64,000 bases of DNA from a virus (IMGVR_UViG_3300030012_002072:1-64000), one strand, 5' to 3'. Counted from the first letter of the stretch, positions 30,572-41,128 are shown. Notes: generated from the sequence alone by a model not told the origin. Made by a program: numbers and translations.

Positions 30572-32813
30572 ACTTCCCTAAGCTGTAATCATCAGCTATA
30601 TCGAAGTCACACCCAATAGGTGCTCCTGGTATAGAAAGACCACGGTCTCTCTGTATACACTCTCTAAGTTTCTCTACATATAGTTCAATCTCATCTTCGG
30701 GAACTTCTGCTAATACAGAGTCATGAACAAGTGCAAATATCTTTGCTTTCATTCCTGTCTTAACAATGTATTTCTGCATTTCAATAGCACCCAGTAAGTT
30801 CACATCTGAAGCCACAGATTGAACAAGAGCATTTACACCACTACGAACTTCATGTGATGCAATACCTTTATCTTTACTAAATACATTCGGTAATCTTCTT
30901 TTTCTACCGAAATGACTGTATATAAATCCATTTGCTTGAATAAATTTTTGAGTATTATCCAACCATCCCTTTAGTTTAGGGAAAGCTGCGAAATAGTCAT
31001 CAATCGTTTGTTTTGCTTCTGCTGGACTAAAATATTGTCCTGAGTCCTTGGTAACTTGTTCACTGATTTTTGCTGGTCCAGCTCCATACATGATACCAAA
31101 GGTAACGGCTTTTGCCTGTTGTCTTTCTGCTGTGTAATGTTCAGCGACATCGTCGACCTCACATGGTAGTCGAAATACTTGTTTCGCAATCGTACTGTGA
31201 AAGTTACCACCATCTTTGAAAACTTTTTGAAGGTTTTTATCATCTGCTAAGACCGCTGCACAATAAACTTCTGCAGTTGTCAAGTCCATTGCAACAATCT
31301 TATTTCCACTCTTTGCCTTGATACAACCTTTTACTGTGGGGTTGTCACGAGGAAGTTGTTGCATATTTAATTTTCCGCTGGAGGATAGCCTTCCTGAAGT
31401 TGTTCCATGAAGATTAAAGTTTGTTCTTAATCTTGCATCCATGTCAAGCGCAGGAATAATCTTATCCAAGTATGTGGTTTTAATTTTTACTTTCTGTCGA
31501 ATCTCAAGAATTAGTTCAGGTATCTCGTGTTCACTCGCAAGTTTCTGTAAACTCTCTGCGTCTGTGCTATCAGCTCCTGTACCCGTTTTCTTACCCGTTG
31601 GGGCTAAGCCTACATAATCGAATAATAGACTTCGTAATTGTACTGTTGAGTTTGGATTGAATCCGTCTTTGTCTTTGATAAATTGTCGCACTTCTGGATA
31701 ACCATTTAGTTTCTCTACTGCTGCGTCAATATCTTCTTGCATACGCTTTTGACCAAACTCTAGTCTTGTCTTGTCGAATGGTACACCGTTGCTTTCTACT
31801 TGTGTCAAGAATCTGCACCCTTCAATAAGAATATTTTTATATACCCAATATAGTTTTTCATTTTTGAGTATTGCCTTTTCAAACTTTTGGAATAGCAAGA
31901 AGGTAACAACTGCGTCCATTGCAGCATAGTTCTTCATAACATCAAAAGGAACTAAATCCCAACTAAATGATTGTTTAAGTATTCCTGTTCTTTTACGATA
32001 GTCTGTAATCCATGTGTCAAGTTCTGCTTCATAATCACCGTAGTCTGTATGTTTGATAGCAAGTTGTTTCAGACCATGTGTGCCTGGGTTCTCGTCAAAC
32101 ATATAGTGCATAAGCATTGTATCTTCAAAATGAGGAAACTCAAAGTTGAAATGATACTGAAACCATTGTAAATCAAACTTAGCATTATGAAATACTACTC
32201 TTTTCTTGTTGAATATTTGTTGCATAAGTGCTTCACAAGTTTGGTCAATAGCATCGCAGTCTACATAAACGCCATGCTCTGGCTCATAACTCATTGAGAA
32301 GCCTAGCATATAACCATCTCTACAGTATAACGCTGATGTCTCGGAGTCAAGTCCTATAAAGTCATAATCTTCACAATCTCTTGCTTTGATAAGAAAACGA
32401 CTTAGTTCTTTACTATCTGTGATACCATAACATTTATCTTCACTCAAGGTTTTTTGTGTGAGTTCTCCGCTTACATATCCCGATATACTCTCGACAGCTT
32501 CCTCGAATGACTTCTTTGCCTCTGGTCTGAACTTTATCATAGCAGGGTTAATTAGTGCCAAAAACTTATCATCAATTATTTTTCCATTGTACTCAGTTAT
32601 TGATGTCTTTCTCGTAAAGTTTTTGAAAGGCTCTGAACCTACTAGAATCAGCCAATCATACGAGTCGGTATCGATTTCAATATCAACATCTCGTTTCAAA
32701 ATTTTTCTTTTGCTCGAATCACTACATAACGCAAATCTATCAAACTCAAACTTAAAATATTTGTCAAAGTTTGTAGAACTTGGTGTAGTTTCTATTAGTG
32801 CTACTTTAGCCAT
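30546..32813 (-). CDS. DNA polymerase, family A (T5-like)
   Basis: Exonuclease DSET/HNAKFD/YAAMD; TSGRLSS, KAVTFGIMYG, VHDS. Confidence 0.95.
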   Translation of the reverse strand: MAKVALIETTPSSTNFDKYFKFEFDRFALCSDSSKRKILKRDVDIEIDTDSYDWLILVGSEPFKNFTRKTSITEYNGKIIDDKFLALINPAMIKFRPEAKKSFEEAVESISGYVSGELTQKTLSEDKCYGITDSKELSRFLIKARDCEDYDFIGLDSETSALYCRDGYMLGFSMSYEPEHGVYVDCDAIDQTCEALMQQIFNKKRVVFHNAKFDLQWFQYHFNFEFPHFEDTMLMHYMFDENPGTHGLKQLAIKHTDYGDYEAELDTWITDYRKRTGILKQSFSWDLVPFDVMKNYAAMDAVVTFLLFQKFEKAILKNEKLYWVYKNILIEGCRFLTQVESNGVPFDKTRLEFGQKRMQEDIDAAVEKLNGYPEVRQFIKDKDGFNPNSTVQLRSLLFDYVGLAPTGKKTGTGADSTDAESLQKLASEHEIPELILEIRQKVKIKTTYLDKIIPALDMDARLRTNFNLHGTTSGRLSSSGKLNMQQLPRDNPTVKGCIKAKSGNKIVAMDLTTAEVYCAAVLADDKNLQKVFKDGGNFHSTIAKQVFRLPCEVDDVAEHYTAERQQAKAVTFGIMYGAGPAKISEQVTKDSGQYFSPAEAKQTIDDYFAAFPKLKGWLDNTQKFIQANGFIYSHFGRKRRLPNVFSKDKGIASHEVRSGVNALVQSVASDVNLLGAIEMQKYIVKTGMKAKIFALVHDSVLAEVPEDEIELYVEKLRECIQRDRGLSIPGAPIGCDFDIADDYSLGKFGKLYDIA

Positions 32814-33645
32814 ATAATTTTTCCTTTAATCTTTCTATCTCACTAGCAACAAGGTTGCCAGGGTCTACATTGTCTCTTAATTTTACTATTCTTGCAGACA
32901 TTTCTAATTTCTCTGCAATCTCTTTCGCTTTTTCACTAGCTTGTCTACCCGCCTCATCCCCGTCAAACATGATGTCAATACCTTGTACGCCTTGTAGCTT
33001 CAGTAAGCTCAGTTTGACCCAATTCACTTGTTGTGTACCAAAACAGCACACTGTATTTTTGAGACCTTTGTCCCAAAGGTTGAGAGCATCAAATATACCC
33101 TCCACCAGTATAACTCTATTCTGTATAGGTTTTACCTTTGCTGGACAAAAGGGCATTTCTGCACCTTGTGGATAGATGTAATACTTCATCTTACTAAAGT
33201 CGTCCAGACTTCTACCTATCAATGAAACTGTTTTTCCTGTAATGTCACGAATTGGAAAGATGATACGGTTTTCGAACTGAGGTACATTCCAAGTGAACGC
33301 ATCCCATATATCAAGAGTTTCCTCAGATATGTTTCTAAAACCACCACCTTTCCATTTCAGTCTATCCTTCGGGAGTTGGATTCCGACAGTTTCGCTTTTA
33401 ACTTTTTGTATCTTTTCTTTTATTCTGTGTATACGAACTTCTGTTGGAGAAGCTGGTGCACCAAAATAGGTAAATAAATTACCTTTGTACCCACATGAGA
33501 AACAGTGAAATATACCTGTTATTCTATCTACTCTCATAGATGGGTTAGTATCATCATGCTCTGGATTAAGGCATGATATGACAGCGTCCTTTCCACTAAG
33601 GCGATACTGTATTCCTTTGCTTTGTAGTAGTTCCTCTGCTATCAT
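32806..33645 (-). CDS. DNA primase
   Basis: C..H / CFSC Zn finger; EGIFD; FDGD Toprim. Confidence 0.92.
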   Translation of the reverse strand: MIAEELLQSKGIQYRLSGKDAVISCLNPEHDDTNPSMRVDRITGIFHCFSCGYKGNLFTYFGAPASPTEVRIHRIKEKIQKVKSETVGIQLPKDRLKWKGGGFRNISEETLDIWDAFTWNVPQFENRIIFPIRDITGKTVSLIGRSLDDFSKMKYYIYPQGAEMPFCPAKVKPIQNRVILVEGIFDALNLWDKGLKNTVCCFGTQQVNWVKLSLLKLQGVQGIDIMFDGDEAGRQASEKAKEIAEKLEMSARIVKLRDNVDPGNLVASEIERLKEKLYG

Positions 33646-33655
33646 ATTTACATAT

Positions 33656-33694
33656 ATTATATCAAAATTTTAAGTTGATGTCAAGAACTATTTT
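33656..33694 (-). promoter_or_regulatory. Sigma70 promoter
   Basis: TTGACA 33684-33679, 17 bp, TATAAT 33661-33656. Confidence 0.85.
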
Positions 33695-34181
33695 CCACAT
33701 TCTTGGCTTTTACCTTCCAAGTGTAGCCGTTCCTAGTTATTGTATACTGTCCGCCATGACAATTAATTATATCCTTACCTGTGTACTTAGCTACAGCTAC
33801 TGCTGCTGTACCACAACTTTGAACATATCCTACTCCTCTTTCGAATACAATCATAAATACACTACCATCATAACTAGACCAGCACAGTATTTGATTTTCA
33901 TCTAGTGAATCATCTATATTATCCACTATTGTATGTGTTGTGCACTCTCCATTTCTCCAACAATCTATTATATTATCAGTAATAAGTGTTGGAGAAAGAA
34001 TATCTATTTCTCCTTGTGCTTCAGATATATCTGCGTTATAGCAAACATTGGCTCTACTACCATCAACATTCCAAGTGTCGCCAGTTTTTACTAGACGCCA
34101 TTGGTCATATCCATGATGGTATAAAGGTTTAGTGTCTGCTAGAATTATAACTTGCCCATTAACTTTGACTTGTGTTTCCAT
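33681..34181 (-). CDS. Diaminopimelate epimerase (DapF)-like, truncated
   Basis: YNADISEA; FERGVGYVQSCGTAAVA; HGG. Confidence 0.55.
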   Translation of the reverse strand: METQVKVNGQVIILADTKPLYHHGYDQWRLVKTGDTWNVDGSRANVCYNADISEAQGEIDILSPTLITDNIIDCWRNGECTTHTIVDNIDDSLDENQILCWSSYDGSVFMIVFERGVGYVQSCGTAAVAVAKYTGKDIINCHGGQYTITRNGYTWKVKAKNVENSS

Positions 34182-34627
34182 TCTAACTCATCTCCTAGTG
34201 CTTCGTGTTCTAAAAATGTGGGGTCGTCTTCATAATACATTGACTTCCACACTAATTCTGCCATTTGAAACCAAACAGCAACCGCTTTGTCTCTAAAATC
34301 TGTGTCACCCCATAGATAATATAAAAGCCACCACTCTTCATCAAATCTACAAACTCTTACTTCTTGTTCGTGCAACTCTGGTAATTCTGTCAATACTCTT
34401 AATCTTTGACTCCCTGCGATTGGGTACCAGTTAGGCATACATAAAAAGGGTGAGCGTATGCCTTCATTTTTTAGTGCTTCTTTTAGTGGTTCATTTGCTG
34501 GAACATTCTTTATATTTTCTTGCACTTTTTCTTGTTCTAGCAACCACCCTACTGTTCTTACATACCAAGTATGTGGTGGAAGTGGTATTAGTTCTGCCGT
34601 TTCTCTACTAACTCTATCATTAGCCAT
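34145..34627 (-). CDS. ParB/Srx-like protein
   Basis: EGIRSP...IAGSQRL. Confidence 0.45.
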   Translation of the reverse strand: MANDRVSRETAELIPLPPHTWYVRTVGWLLEQEKVQENIKNVPANEPLKEALKNEGIRSPFLCMPNWYPIAGSQRLRVLTELPELHEQEVRVCRFDEEWWLLYYLWGDTDFRDKAVAVWFQMAELVWKSMYYEDDPTFLEHEALGDELEWKHKSKLMGKL

Positions 34628-34805
34628 CTTCATCACTCCAAAAATCATCATGTAAGATTTCTTCCCAACCAGGTTCAAATATTTCTCTCCTATATTCTTC
34701 TAGGCTAGGTATTAATCTTATCCCCAATACTGGGGGTAGTTGTTTTATTGCAACAAGAAACTTTGCATATGACTCATTTAATTGTTTTTCTGTGTACATT
34801 ATCAT
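34620..34805 (-). CDS. Hypothetical protein
   Basis: Coupled ORF. Confidence 0.5.
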   Translation of the reverse strand: MIMYTEKQLNESYAKFLVAIKQLPPVLGIRLIPSLEEYRREIFEPGWEEILHDDFWSDEDG

Positions 34806-36160
34806 AAATCGTATGTATCTTCTCCTGTTGTCATTGTTTCTTTTAGTTCTGCTTTTTCATCTGGGTCAAGAGCAGTGTGTGGTCCAATCTTTAGTGTCTC
34901 CCAGTTCATTTCTGATACGAATGTTTCTGCTTTTCCATTTCTCATTTTATCACATTTGAACTTAATACAAGGCTCTGCATCACCCCAGTGCTGAACAGAG
35001 TAAGCTGCATCAACAGCATCCAAGATACCTTTTGAGAATCTTGCCTCGCCTTTTTCATTTGTTTGGAAAGCAGATAGAACTAGAACTTGATTCTCCTGCG
35101 CTAAAGATTTTAGACCTTTTGATATCTCTATCTGCTCAGTCCAATCATATTGACCTGAGCGACCGGGGGCGTTATGGCGTCTAACTTGGTTTAGATAGTC
35201 TACTATTACTATACCTAAATCGGGCAGCTGTGCTTGTTTCTGCCTTACTGTGCTAATAATTTTAGCAAGTGTAAGTGCAGGGTCATAGAACACATCAATC
35301 TGAGGTTTGTCTGCCAACTTATTTCTTGTAAGTTGATAATGGAACTTGTCAAAGTCACGATGACCTTTGAACTCAGTTAGACATTCTTGTCCGTTATCAA
35401 AACGGTCTGCCCACCACTCCGCAACCTTTTCCCACTCCAAAGGAGATAGGTTTTTGGTTTTAATACGATTGGTAGGCACTCCCGTAGCAACGGCACATAC
35501 TCTTTGTAGTATTTGTCTACTGTCCATTTCTATAGTAAAATATAGAACAGACTTATCTTTCATGTGTGCTGCCTGTGCGATGTTACAGCAAGTAAAAGAC
35601 TTACCTCCACCACGCTGTCCGCCAATAACGACCAGGTCTTTGGGAGAGAAAGTGTAGTCTAAATCGTACTCTTGATTTAGACCAAGTGGCAAAAACTTTT
35701 TCAAGTCTTCTTCACTATCAAATAACTCTATCGTTTCCATACTTTCATTATCGTCTGAGGTCTCGACTTGGTCTTCGACCTGTACTACAATCTCTTGTAA
35801 TAAGTCAATGTTCTCACGAGCATCGCCTATCGCAATTTGATTTTCTACGAAGTATTCGACTTTAGTAAGTATTTCTGATTGAGTAAATTGATTCTTGAGA
35901 TAGTCCAACAACAAAGGTGCTGGAACATCCGTTTCGACTGTTTCGATAGCATATATCTTCTCCTGAAGCTCTCTAGAACGAACTTCTAGTTTGAGGTCTT
36001 CAAAAGAAGGTAAAGCATGATACTTGTGAACATGTTTGTCTACTATTTTCCACAGTTTTCGGTACTCACCTTCAGGGAAATAGTGTTCCTTGAGACTATT
36101 CCATGTCCCAAAGTCTGTGTTCGTAAGTATTTGCTTAAGTAATGCTGATTCTAAAGTCAA
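34802..36160 (-). CDS. DnaB-like replicative helicase
   Basis: GQRGGGKS, FTIEM, IVDYL; likely TTG start 36160 after GGGAGA. Confidence 0.9.
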   Translation of the reverse strand: MTLESALLKQILTNTDFGTWNSLKEHYFPEGEYRKLWKIVDKHVHKYHALPSFEDLKLEVRSRELQEKIYAIETVETDVPAPLLLDYLKNQFTQSEILTKVEYFVENQIAIGDARENIDLLQEIVVQVEDQVETSDDNESMETIELFDSEEDLKKFLPLGLNQEYDLDYTFSPKDLVVIGGQRGGGKSFTCCNIAQAAHMKDKSVLYFTIEMDSRQILQRVCAVATGVPTNRIKTKNLSPLEWEKVAEWWADRFDNGQECLTEFKGHRDFDKFHYQLTRNKLADKPQIDVFYDPALTLAKIISTVRQKQAQLPDLGIVIVDYLNQVRRHNAPGRSGQYDWTEQIEISKGLKSLAQENQVLVLSAFQTNEKGEARFSKGILDAVDAAYSVQHWGDAEPCIKFKCDKMRNGKAETFVSEMNWETLKIGPHTALDPDEKAELKETMTTGEDTYDL

Positions 36161-36177
36161 GTTGTCTCTCCCAAAAC

Positions 36178-36211
36178 AAAAAAGGGCAAGTGAACAGAAG
36201 CCCACTTACCC
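36178..36211 (-). terminator. Intrinsic terminator after D5-like gene
   Basis: GGGTAAGTGGGC-TTCT-GTTCACTTGCCC-TTTTTT. Confidence 0.8.
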
Positions 36212-36226
36212 ATGCGAAATTAGTTA

Positions 36227-36943
36227 TTAACCTATTTCTTTTCTAGCTGCGCCATTGTAGTCAGCACATTGTAAGCCTCTTCTAGTTAGCATTGTTTTAA
36301 CACCTCTAACTGTTTTGCCGATTTGGTCAGCAATTTCTTCAACAGTCATACCGTCTATTTCAACATCTGCTAATGGGTCAGCTTTGCTGCTACCTTTAGT
36401 TTCTTTTTGCTTTGGAATAGCATTGATTTCACCAGCTCTAAGTAGTGATAATGCTTTACCTCTGATTGAGTTAACGCTTCTGCCCATAGCTTCTGCGATG
36501 TCCTCAATAAAAGCTCCATCGTTTACTAGAGAAACGAATTGGCTTTCCTCATCTTCGCTGTAAGTTTTTACAGTTTCAACTTTAGGAGCAGGTTTAACAT
36601 GCTCTGTTAGTTGCATAGATAAGATTTTACCTTGAATTGATTTAGCAGAGAAATGTCCGCCTTCAAAGTTTTCAGCAATCTCTGCGTATGTGTAAACACC
36701 TGAGTTATCAGTTACAAAGTTGCTTAAAGTAGCTTCTTGCTCGTCTGAAAAAGACTTAGAAGCATTTGCTGATGCTAATTCAACATCATATCCCATTTTT
36801 CTCAATTTAGAACTTACACTTCTAACTGAAGTTTCAAGTTCGTCAGCTGCGTTTGCAACTGTATCTTGAGAGATAGGGCTTTCAGAACCTACAAAGTCTA
36901 CAAGAGCTTGGGTTCTTTCATCTGTCCATTTTGGTAATGCCAT
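36227..36943 (-). CDS. DNA-binding protein (T5 D5-like)
   Basis: KWTDERT; repeated HTH-like units RSVSSKLR / NSIRGKAL / RGVKTMLTRRG. Confidence 0.85.
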   Translation of the reverse strand: MALPKWTDERTQALVDFVGSESPISQDTVANAADELETSVRSVSSKLRKMGYDVELASANASKSFSDEQEATLSNFVTDNSGVYTYAEIAENFEGGHFSAKSIQGKILSMQLTEHVKPAPKVETVKTYSEDEESQFVSLVNDGAFIEDIAEAMGRSVNSIRGKALSLLRAGEINAIPKQKETKGSSKADPLADVEIDGMTVEEIADQIGKTVRGVKTMLTRRGLQCADYNGAARKEIG

Positions 36944-36948
36944 AATGA

Positions 36949-37704
36949 TTATTCTCCTAAAAATAAATTTAAATTGTTTATAATTTGAACACCTCGGTCA
37001 CGAGCTGTTTTCGTTTTTGCTGATTCAATTCCAGACTCATTTATAAGATGAGTACAGTCTTTAGTCAGCGATGATTTAACTACATATCCATATTGATTAA
37101 GTACTTTTTCTGCGTGGGCTTTGGTGGAATAACTTTTCAGTTTACCACTGATACAAACAACTCCATTGACCTCTTTCTTCTTACTAATTTTATTTTTCCA
37201 TTCGAAAGGTAATGTTGTCTTGTAATCACTAGGGTAGTATTCAGTCTCTAACCATTTAAGTAAGTTAGCTGTCGCTTTTGGACCGATACCTGCTTCAGTA
37301 CAACTTTTCTCGCTAATATCTTCGATGTGTGATATTCTATCGCATAATTTTTGAGAAGCCGACCGACCAATAAGGGGTATGCTGAAAGCTGGTATCAAAT
37401 CGACCAACTTAGAACTCTTTGACTTTTGTATTTCATCATAGAGTTTCACAGCCATTTTCTCACTACCTAGTCTATCCTGTATTTCACTTACAGACAGTTC
37501 ATATATTTCACAATAATCTTGAACTTGTAGTTTGTTTATAGTTGCAGGGCCGAAGCCCTTTATCTTAAGAGCTGAAACAAAAGATTCAACTTTCTTATCC
37601 CATTGTGCAGAACATTGACTGTTTCTACAAAATAATTGGTCGTTTACTAAGTCCAACTTGTCTTGACAAGCTGGGCAAACGACTGGTGGAATAATTGCTA
37701 TCAA
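36949..37704 (-). CDS. NAD-dependent DNA ligase subunit B (Zn-HhH-BRCT)
   Basis: CPAC..C..C, IKGFGP, BRCT VCISGKL; TTG start. Confidence 0.9.
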   Translation of the reverse strand: MIAIIPPVVCPACQDKLDLVNDQLFCRNSQCSAQWDKKVESFVSALKIKGFGPATINKLQVQDYCEIYELSVSEIQDRLGSEKMAVKLYDEIQKSKSSKLVDLIPAFSIPLIGRSASQKLCDRISHIEDISEKSCTEAGIGPKATANLLKWLETEYYPSDYKTTLPFEWKNKISKKKEVNGVVCISGKLKSYSTKAHAEKVLNQYGYVVKSSLTKDCTHLINESGIESAKTKTARDRGVQIINNLNLFLGE

Positions 37705-37734
37705 ATCTGTTTCTCTCTCTAAAATATATAATAT

Positions 37735-37774
37735 ATTATATATAATTTTTGGGCTTGTGTCAAGAACTATTTTT
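37735..37774 (-). promoter_or_regulatory. Sigma70 promoter for ligase B
   Basis: TTGACA 37763-37758, 17 bp, TATAAT 37740-37735. Confidence 0.85.
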
Positions 37775-37805
37775 TGATTGCCACCTACGAGAAGAGATTA
37801 AAATT

Positions 37806-37910
37806 TTAATCATCCTCGTAGATGTGGGTATCTTCTTCATACGACCAACGATTCATTAGATAGAACCATAGAGCTCGTATTTTATTTACTAAAGAGTTTA
37901 TCCAGTTCAT
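37806..37910 (-). CDS. 34-aa small protein (not in track)
   Basis: MNWINSLVNKIRALWFYLMNRWSYEEDTHIYEDD fills the gap. Confidence 0.45.
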   Translation of the reverse strand: MNWINSLVNKIRALWFYLMNRWSYEEDTHIYEDD

Positions 37911-38634
37911 ACTTGTATATATCTCCTATTATTCTATTTGCCATCAACTTATGACCTTCCTCTAGTGGATGGTCTCTCGGTCCGAATGGCACCTTTGCTT
38001 TCTTACACATATCATAGAAAGGTTCTTCTTCCAAGCACGGAAGCTCTCTTATGTAATCCTCTTTCTTCATGTGGGGAACTTCCCACACTATGTTTGCTCC
38101 CTCTAATCTATCTTCATCAAGATAGTCTAGCATATTTGTTAATTGTCCACTAGACATTGTGTAGAACAAATAAGGTATTCCTTTTGCTTCTAAAAAATGT
38201 TTGGTAGACATCATATAGTGTAAAGTGTAAATTAAATTCATCTTTGGATTTCTTACTTCTTTTGCATATCCATTCAACCCTTGCCATTGTTTGAGGGATA
38301 GGTCTGGATGAAAATGCACTTCACTATCATCTGTTAGTTTGAGAGTTGCTCTATTGAATCTATGTGAAACCCAAACAGCACTTCTCCAAATATTGGTAGA
38401 TAGGTTAAGAAACTCAAATCTATTTGGACCTGACCACAATATTACTACTAGTGGCATTGGAGTCCTGGTCATATCATCCATGGTAGTTCTCCATATTCTA
38501 TCATTACTACCACCGACTTTGGAGTTTCTCCAAGTGTCTTGTTTGAAATGACTTCCAACTAGATAAGGGAATTGGTCTTTCCGCTGTTCGACTTCCATTC
38601 CTTGAACAAAACTACAACCATTCCAATATATCAT
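37882..38634 (-). CDS. SGNH hydrolase-like protein
   Basis: NGCSF, GGSNDRI, DHPLEEGH. Confidence 0.65.
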   Translation of the reverse strand: MIYWNGCSFVQGMEVEQRKDQFPYLVGSHFKQDTWRNSKVGGSNDRIWRTTMDDMTRTPMPLVVILWSGPNRFEFLNLSTNIWRSAVWVSHRFNRATLKLTDDSEVHFHPDLSLKQWQGLNGYAKEVRNPKMNLIYTLHYMMSTKHFLEAKGIPYLFYTMSSGQLTNMLDYLDEDRLEGANIVWEVPHMKKEDYIRELPCLEEEPFYDMCKKAKVPFGPRDHPLEEGHKLMANRIIGDIYKYELDKLFSK

Positions 38635-39953
38635 AATACTTTTACTCTATACTTTTTCATAAAATCTTCTGCGTCTTCCCATGTATTTACCATTGGTTGT
38701 CCTTTTATATTTAAACTTGTGTTTAATAACATAGGACAGTTTGTTACATCATACCAACACTCTAAAATCTTTCTCATGTTGCTACCATCATCTTTAACAA
38801 CCTGTACTCTGCTAGTTCCATCTACATGAGTTACGCTTTTATAATCATGCTTTGCTTTACATACAAACTGCATAAATTCATTCTGTACTCCATCAAAGTA
38901 AGAATCAAAATGTTCTTCTAATATTGCAGGAGCAAAAGGTCTAAACTTTTGTCTACGCTTGATACTATTAACATAATTCTTAACATCTTTACGAGGGTCA
39001 GCAAGTAAAGAACGATTACCTAACGCTCTTGGACCAAACTCTGCTCGTCCATTTGCTACGCCTACAACTTTCTTGTCTAGTAATTCTTTTACTACTTCAT
39101 TGATATTTAGTTTTCTTTGTATGTTATATCCCCAAAAAGTATGAGGGTAATGTAATCTCTTTTTAGTTTTTGCTAGAATACAACCCAATGCTGAGCCTGA
39201 ATCTCCAGGGTTAGGGAATATCCAAAACTTATCAAACATAGGAGCTAGCTTTGAGTTTGCAACACAGTTGAGTGCAACTCCGCCAGCATATGCAACTTTG
39301 TTTCCATACTTACGAGCTTCTGTAAATATTTGTATTAACTCGTGTTCTAGTTGCATTTGTGCACTTGCTGCTATATCCTCTGGTTTATGCCAAAACCATT
39401 TCTTTAGAGGTATGCCTGTATGTAAGTATTCATCTAATACATCTTCCATATTTATACAAGGTTTACCAAACGCTGCCATGCCCATTGTGATATATTCATC
39501 TTCATTAGGTTTTAATCCTACACGCTTAGTTATAGCACTATAGAATAATCCTAGTGACCATGGATATTGTCTACTCCAGACTTTCTCATGGTTTACCCAA
39601 ATACTTGCTGTATCATACTCTCCAATAGCATCAATTACTACTGTAACATCTGGAACAAAAGGAGCAGTATAATATGCTGCAGCCATATGGCTTTCGTGAT
39701 GTAATACACACTCTACATCTTCAAAGTAGTGTATCTCTCTTTGTCCATAGGTTTGCCTTCTTTGATTCTTTAATCTCCAGTCTTCGTAGAATATATGTTC
39801 ATCACAAGGAATCCGTCTTAGTTCATCACAAATTCTTCTGTCGTTCTTTTTTCTACTAAATCTTTCTGAAGATGATGCAAATAATAATTTATCTCCTTCC
39901 ATTACAGCTACAGCTGCATCATGAAAGTTTTCACTCATACCTTTTATTACCAT
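38631..39953 (-). CDS. Carbamoyltransferase (CmcH/NodU family)
   Basis: HDAA, HHESH, GGVALNC, EFGPRALGNRS, RPFAP, LNTSLN. Confidence 0.92.
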   Translation of the reverse strand: MVIKGMSENFHDAAVAVMEGDKLLFASSSERFSRKKNDRRICDELRRIPCDEHIFYEDWRLKNQRRQTYGQREIHYFEDVECVLHHESHMAAAYYTAPFVPDVTVVIDAIGEYDTASIWVNHEKVWSRQYPWSLGLFYSAITKRVGLKPNEDEYITMGMAAFGKPCINMEDVLDEYLHTGIPLKKWFWHKPEDIAASAQMQLEHELIQIFTEARKYGNKVAYAGGVALNCVANSKLAPMFDKFWIFPNPGDSGSALGCILAKTKKRLHYPHTFWGYNIQRKLNINEVVKELLDKKVVGVANGRAEFGPRALGNRSLLADPRKDVKNYVNSIKRRQKFRPFAPAILEEHFDSYFDGVQNEFMQFVCKAKHDYKSVTHVDGTSRVQVVKDDGSNMRKILECWYDVTNCPMLLNTSLNIKGQPMVNTWEDAEDFMKKYRVKVL

Positions 39954-40471
39954 GTTATATCTCCATAACAAAATATATTCATACTATATCTAGTTCCTTT
40001 TGTTATCACATTTACATTATGAGGAGTAACTGCGTGGAATATATGTAAATCTCCCATGCCTCTACTCATCTTTTCTCCACTTACTATCAAATCTCCACCT
40101 TCATAATCTGATGGGTCACTTAGTTGTATTGCACAACTTATCTTTCTAACTTGTCTTTGTCCTAGCATTGAATCATTAAATATAATATCAATGTGTGTAT
40201 CAAAATATTGTCCTTCTCCATACTTATTTACAGCACATTGTAAGTCTCCACTCAAAATCATATTGTGATGTTCTGAATTAAACTCTAATATATGCTTCGC
40301 AATATCAGGCAATCGAAGTGGACTAGCTTTGCCTATTTCAGCATTTCTATATCCATCTACTTTTGGTTTGCCATCTATTCCAATAGAATGTGACTTAGAG
40401 AAGTCTTTTGCACTTTCTCTAATCTTGATACACTCCTCTGGTGTATAAAAACTTTTAACTGTATGTTTCAT
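39947..40471 (-). CDS. 2OG-Fe(II) oxygenase
   Basis: HID, RKIS..QLSDPSDYEGG, H.V..ITKGTRYS. Confidence 0.88.
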   Translation of the reverse strand: MKHTVKSFYTPEECIKIRESAKDFSKSHSIGIDGKPKVDGYRNAEIGKASPLRLPDIAKHILEFNSEHHNMILSGDLQCAVNKYGEGQYFDTHIDIIFNDSMLGQRQVRKISCAIQLSDPSDYEGGDLIVSGEKMSRGMGDLHIFHAVTPHNVNVITKGTRYSMNIFCYGDITW

Positions 40472-40832
40472 GTTTCTTTGGGAATGATTCTAGTATCTTT
40501 GATTTCATACTAAAACATTCCGTGTGTCCTCCAAACTTGTGGGCAGTTTTATGTCTATCTTTCTGATACATCTTGTGAAGTTTCTGTTCGAATCTCCAGC
40601 AGTCGTATAGATTCCCCTGCCATAGTCTTTGTATTCTGATGTCGTAGTTTGTGAAGCCACGCCCTCTTTTTACTGCGTCTTTGAATGTTCGCCCTTTTGC
40701 GATGCCTACTTTTATAGTTTCTCGTTCCCATGTTAATTGATTTACCAATACAATTCCATAAAGAATTCCGTCCACCTCTTTTTCTTCTGGGTAGTTTTTA
40801 AAATAAGTTTCGTTGTATATGCCGCCTGCCAT
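40455..40832 (-). CDS. GIY-YIG/T5orf172-like nuclease
   Basis: GILY, IKVGIA, EQKLH, GHTECF. Confidence 0.55.
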   Translation of the reverse strand: MAGGIYNETYFKNYPEEKEVDGILYGIVLVNQLTWERETIKVGIAKGRTFKDAVKRGRGFTNYDIRIQRLWQGNLYDCWRFEQKLHKMYQKDRHKTAHKFGGHTECFSMKSKILESFPKKHETYS

Positions 40833-41128
40833 TATAATGGACCAAACATTTTGGTTAGTAGTCCAGTTAATAGTATAAAACAAGCGATAGCATTAAGCAT
40901 AATTAATGCTCTATCCTTCCAAGCAAATGCTACGAATAACCAACCTAAGCACCCAAGAAACGAAAGTATTGTATCAAGAGTGTTTGATATGTCGGCTGAC
41001 CTAACAACCATAGCTGTAAGAAGGACAAGGCTACTAGCCCACTTAACATACCAGTCAACAGTTTGTTTCGGTGTAGCACTTTTATATATTCTTTTACTGT
41101 TTTCAACTTCTTCCTTAGTATATTTCAT
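40832..41128 (-). CDS. Membrane protein
   Basis: Three TM segments; WKDRALIMLN. Confidence 0.65.
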   Translation of the reverse strand: MKYTKEEVENSKRIYKSATPKQTVDWYVKWASSLVLLTAMVVRSADISNTLDTILSFLGCLGWLFVAFAWKDRALIMLNAIACFILLTGLLTKMFGPL

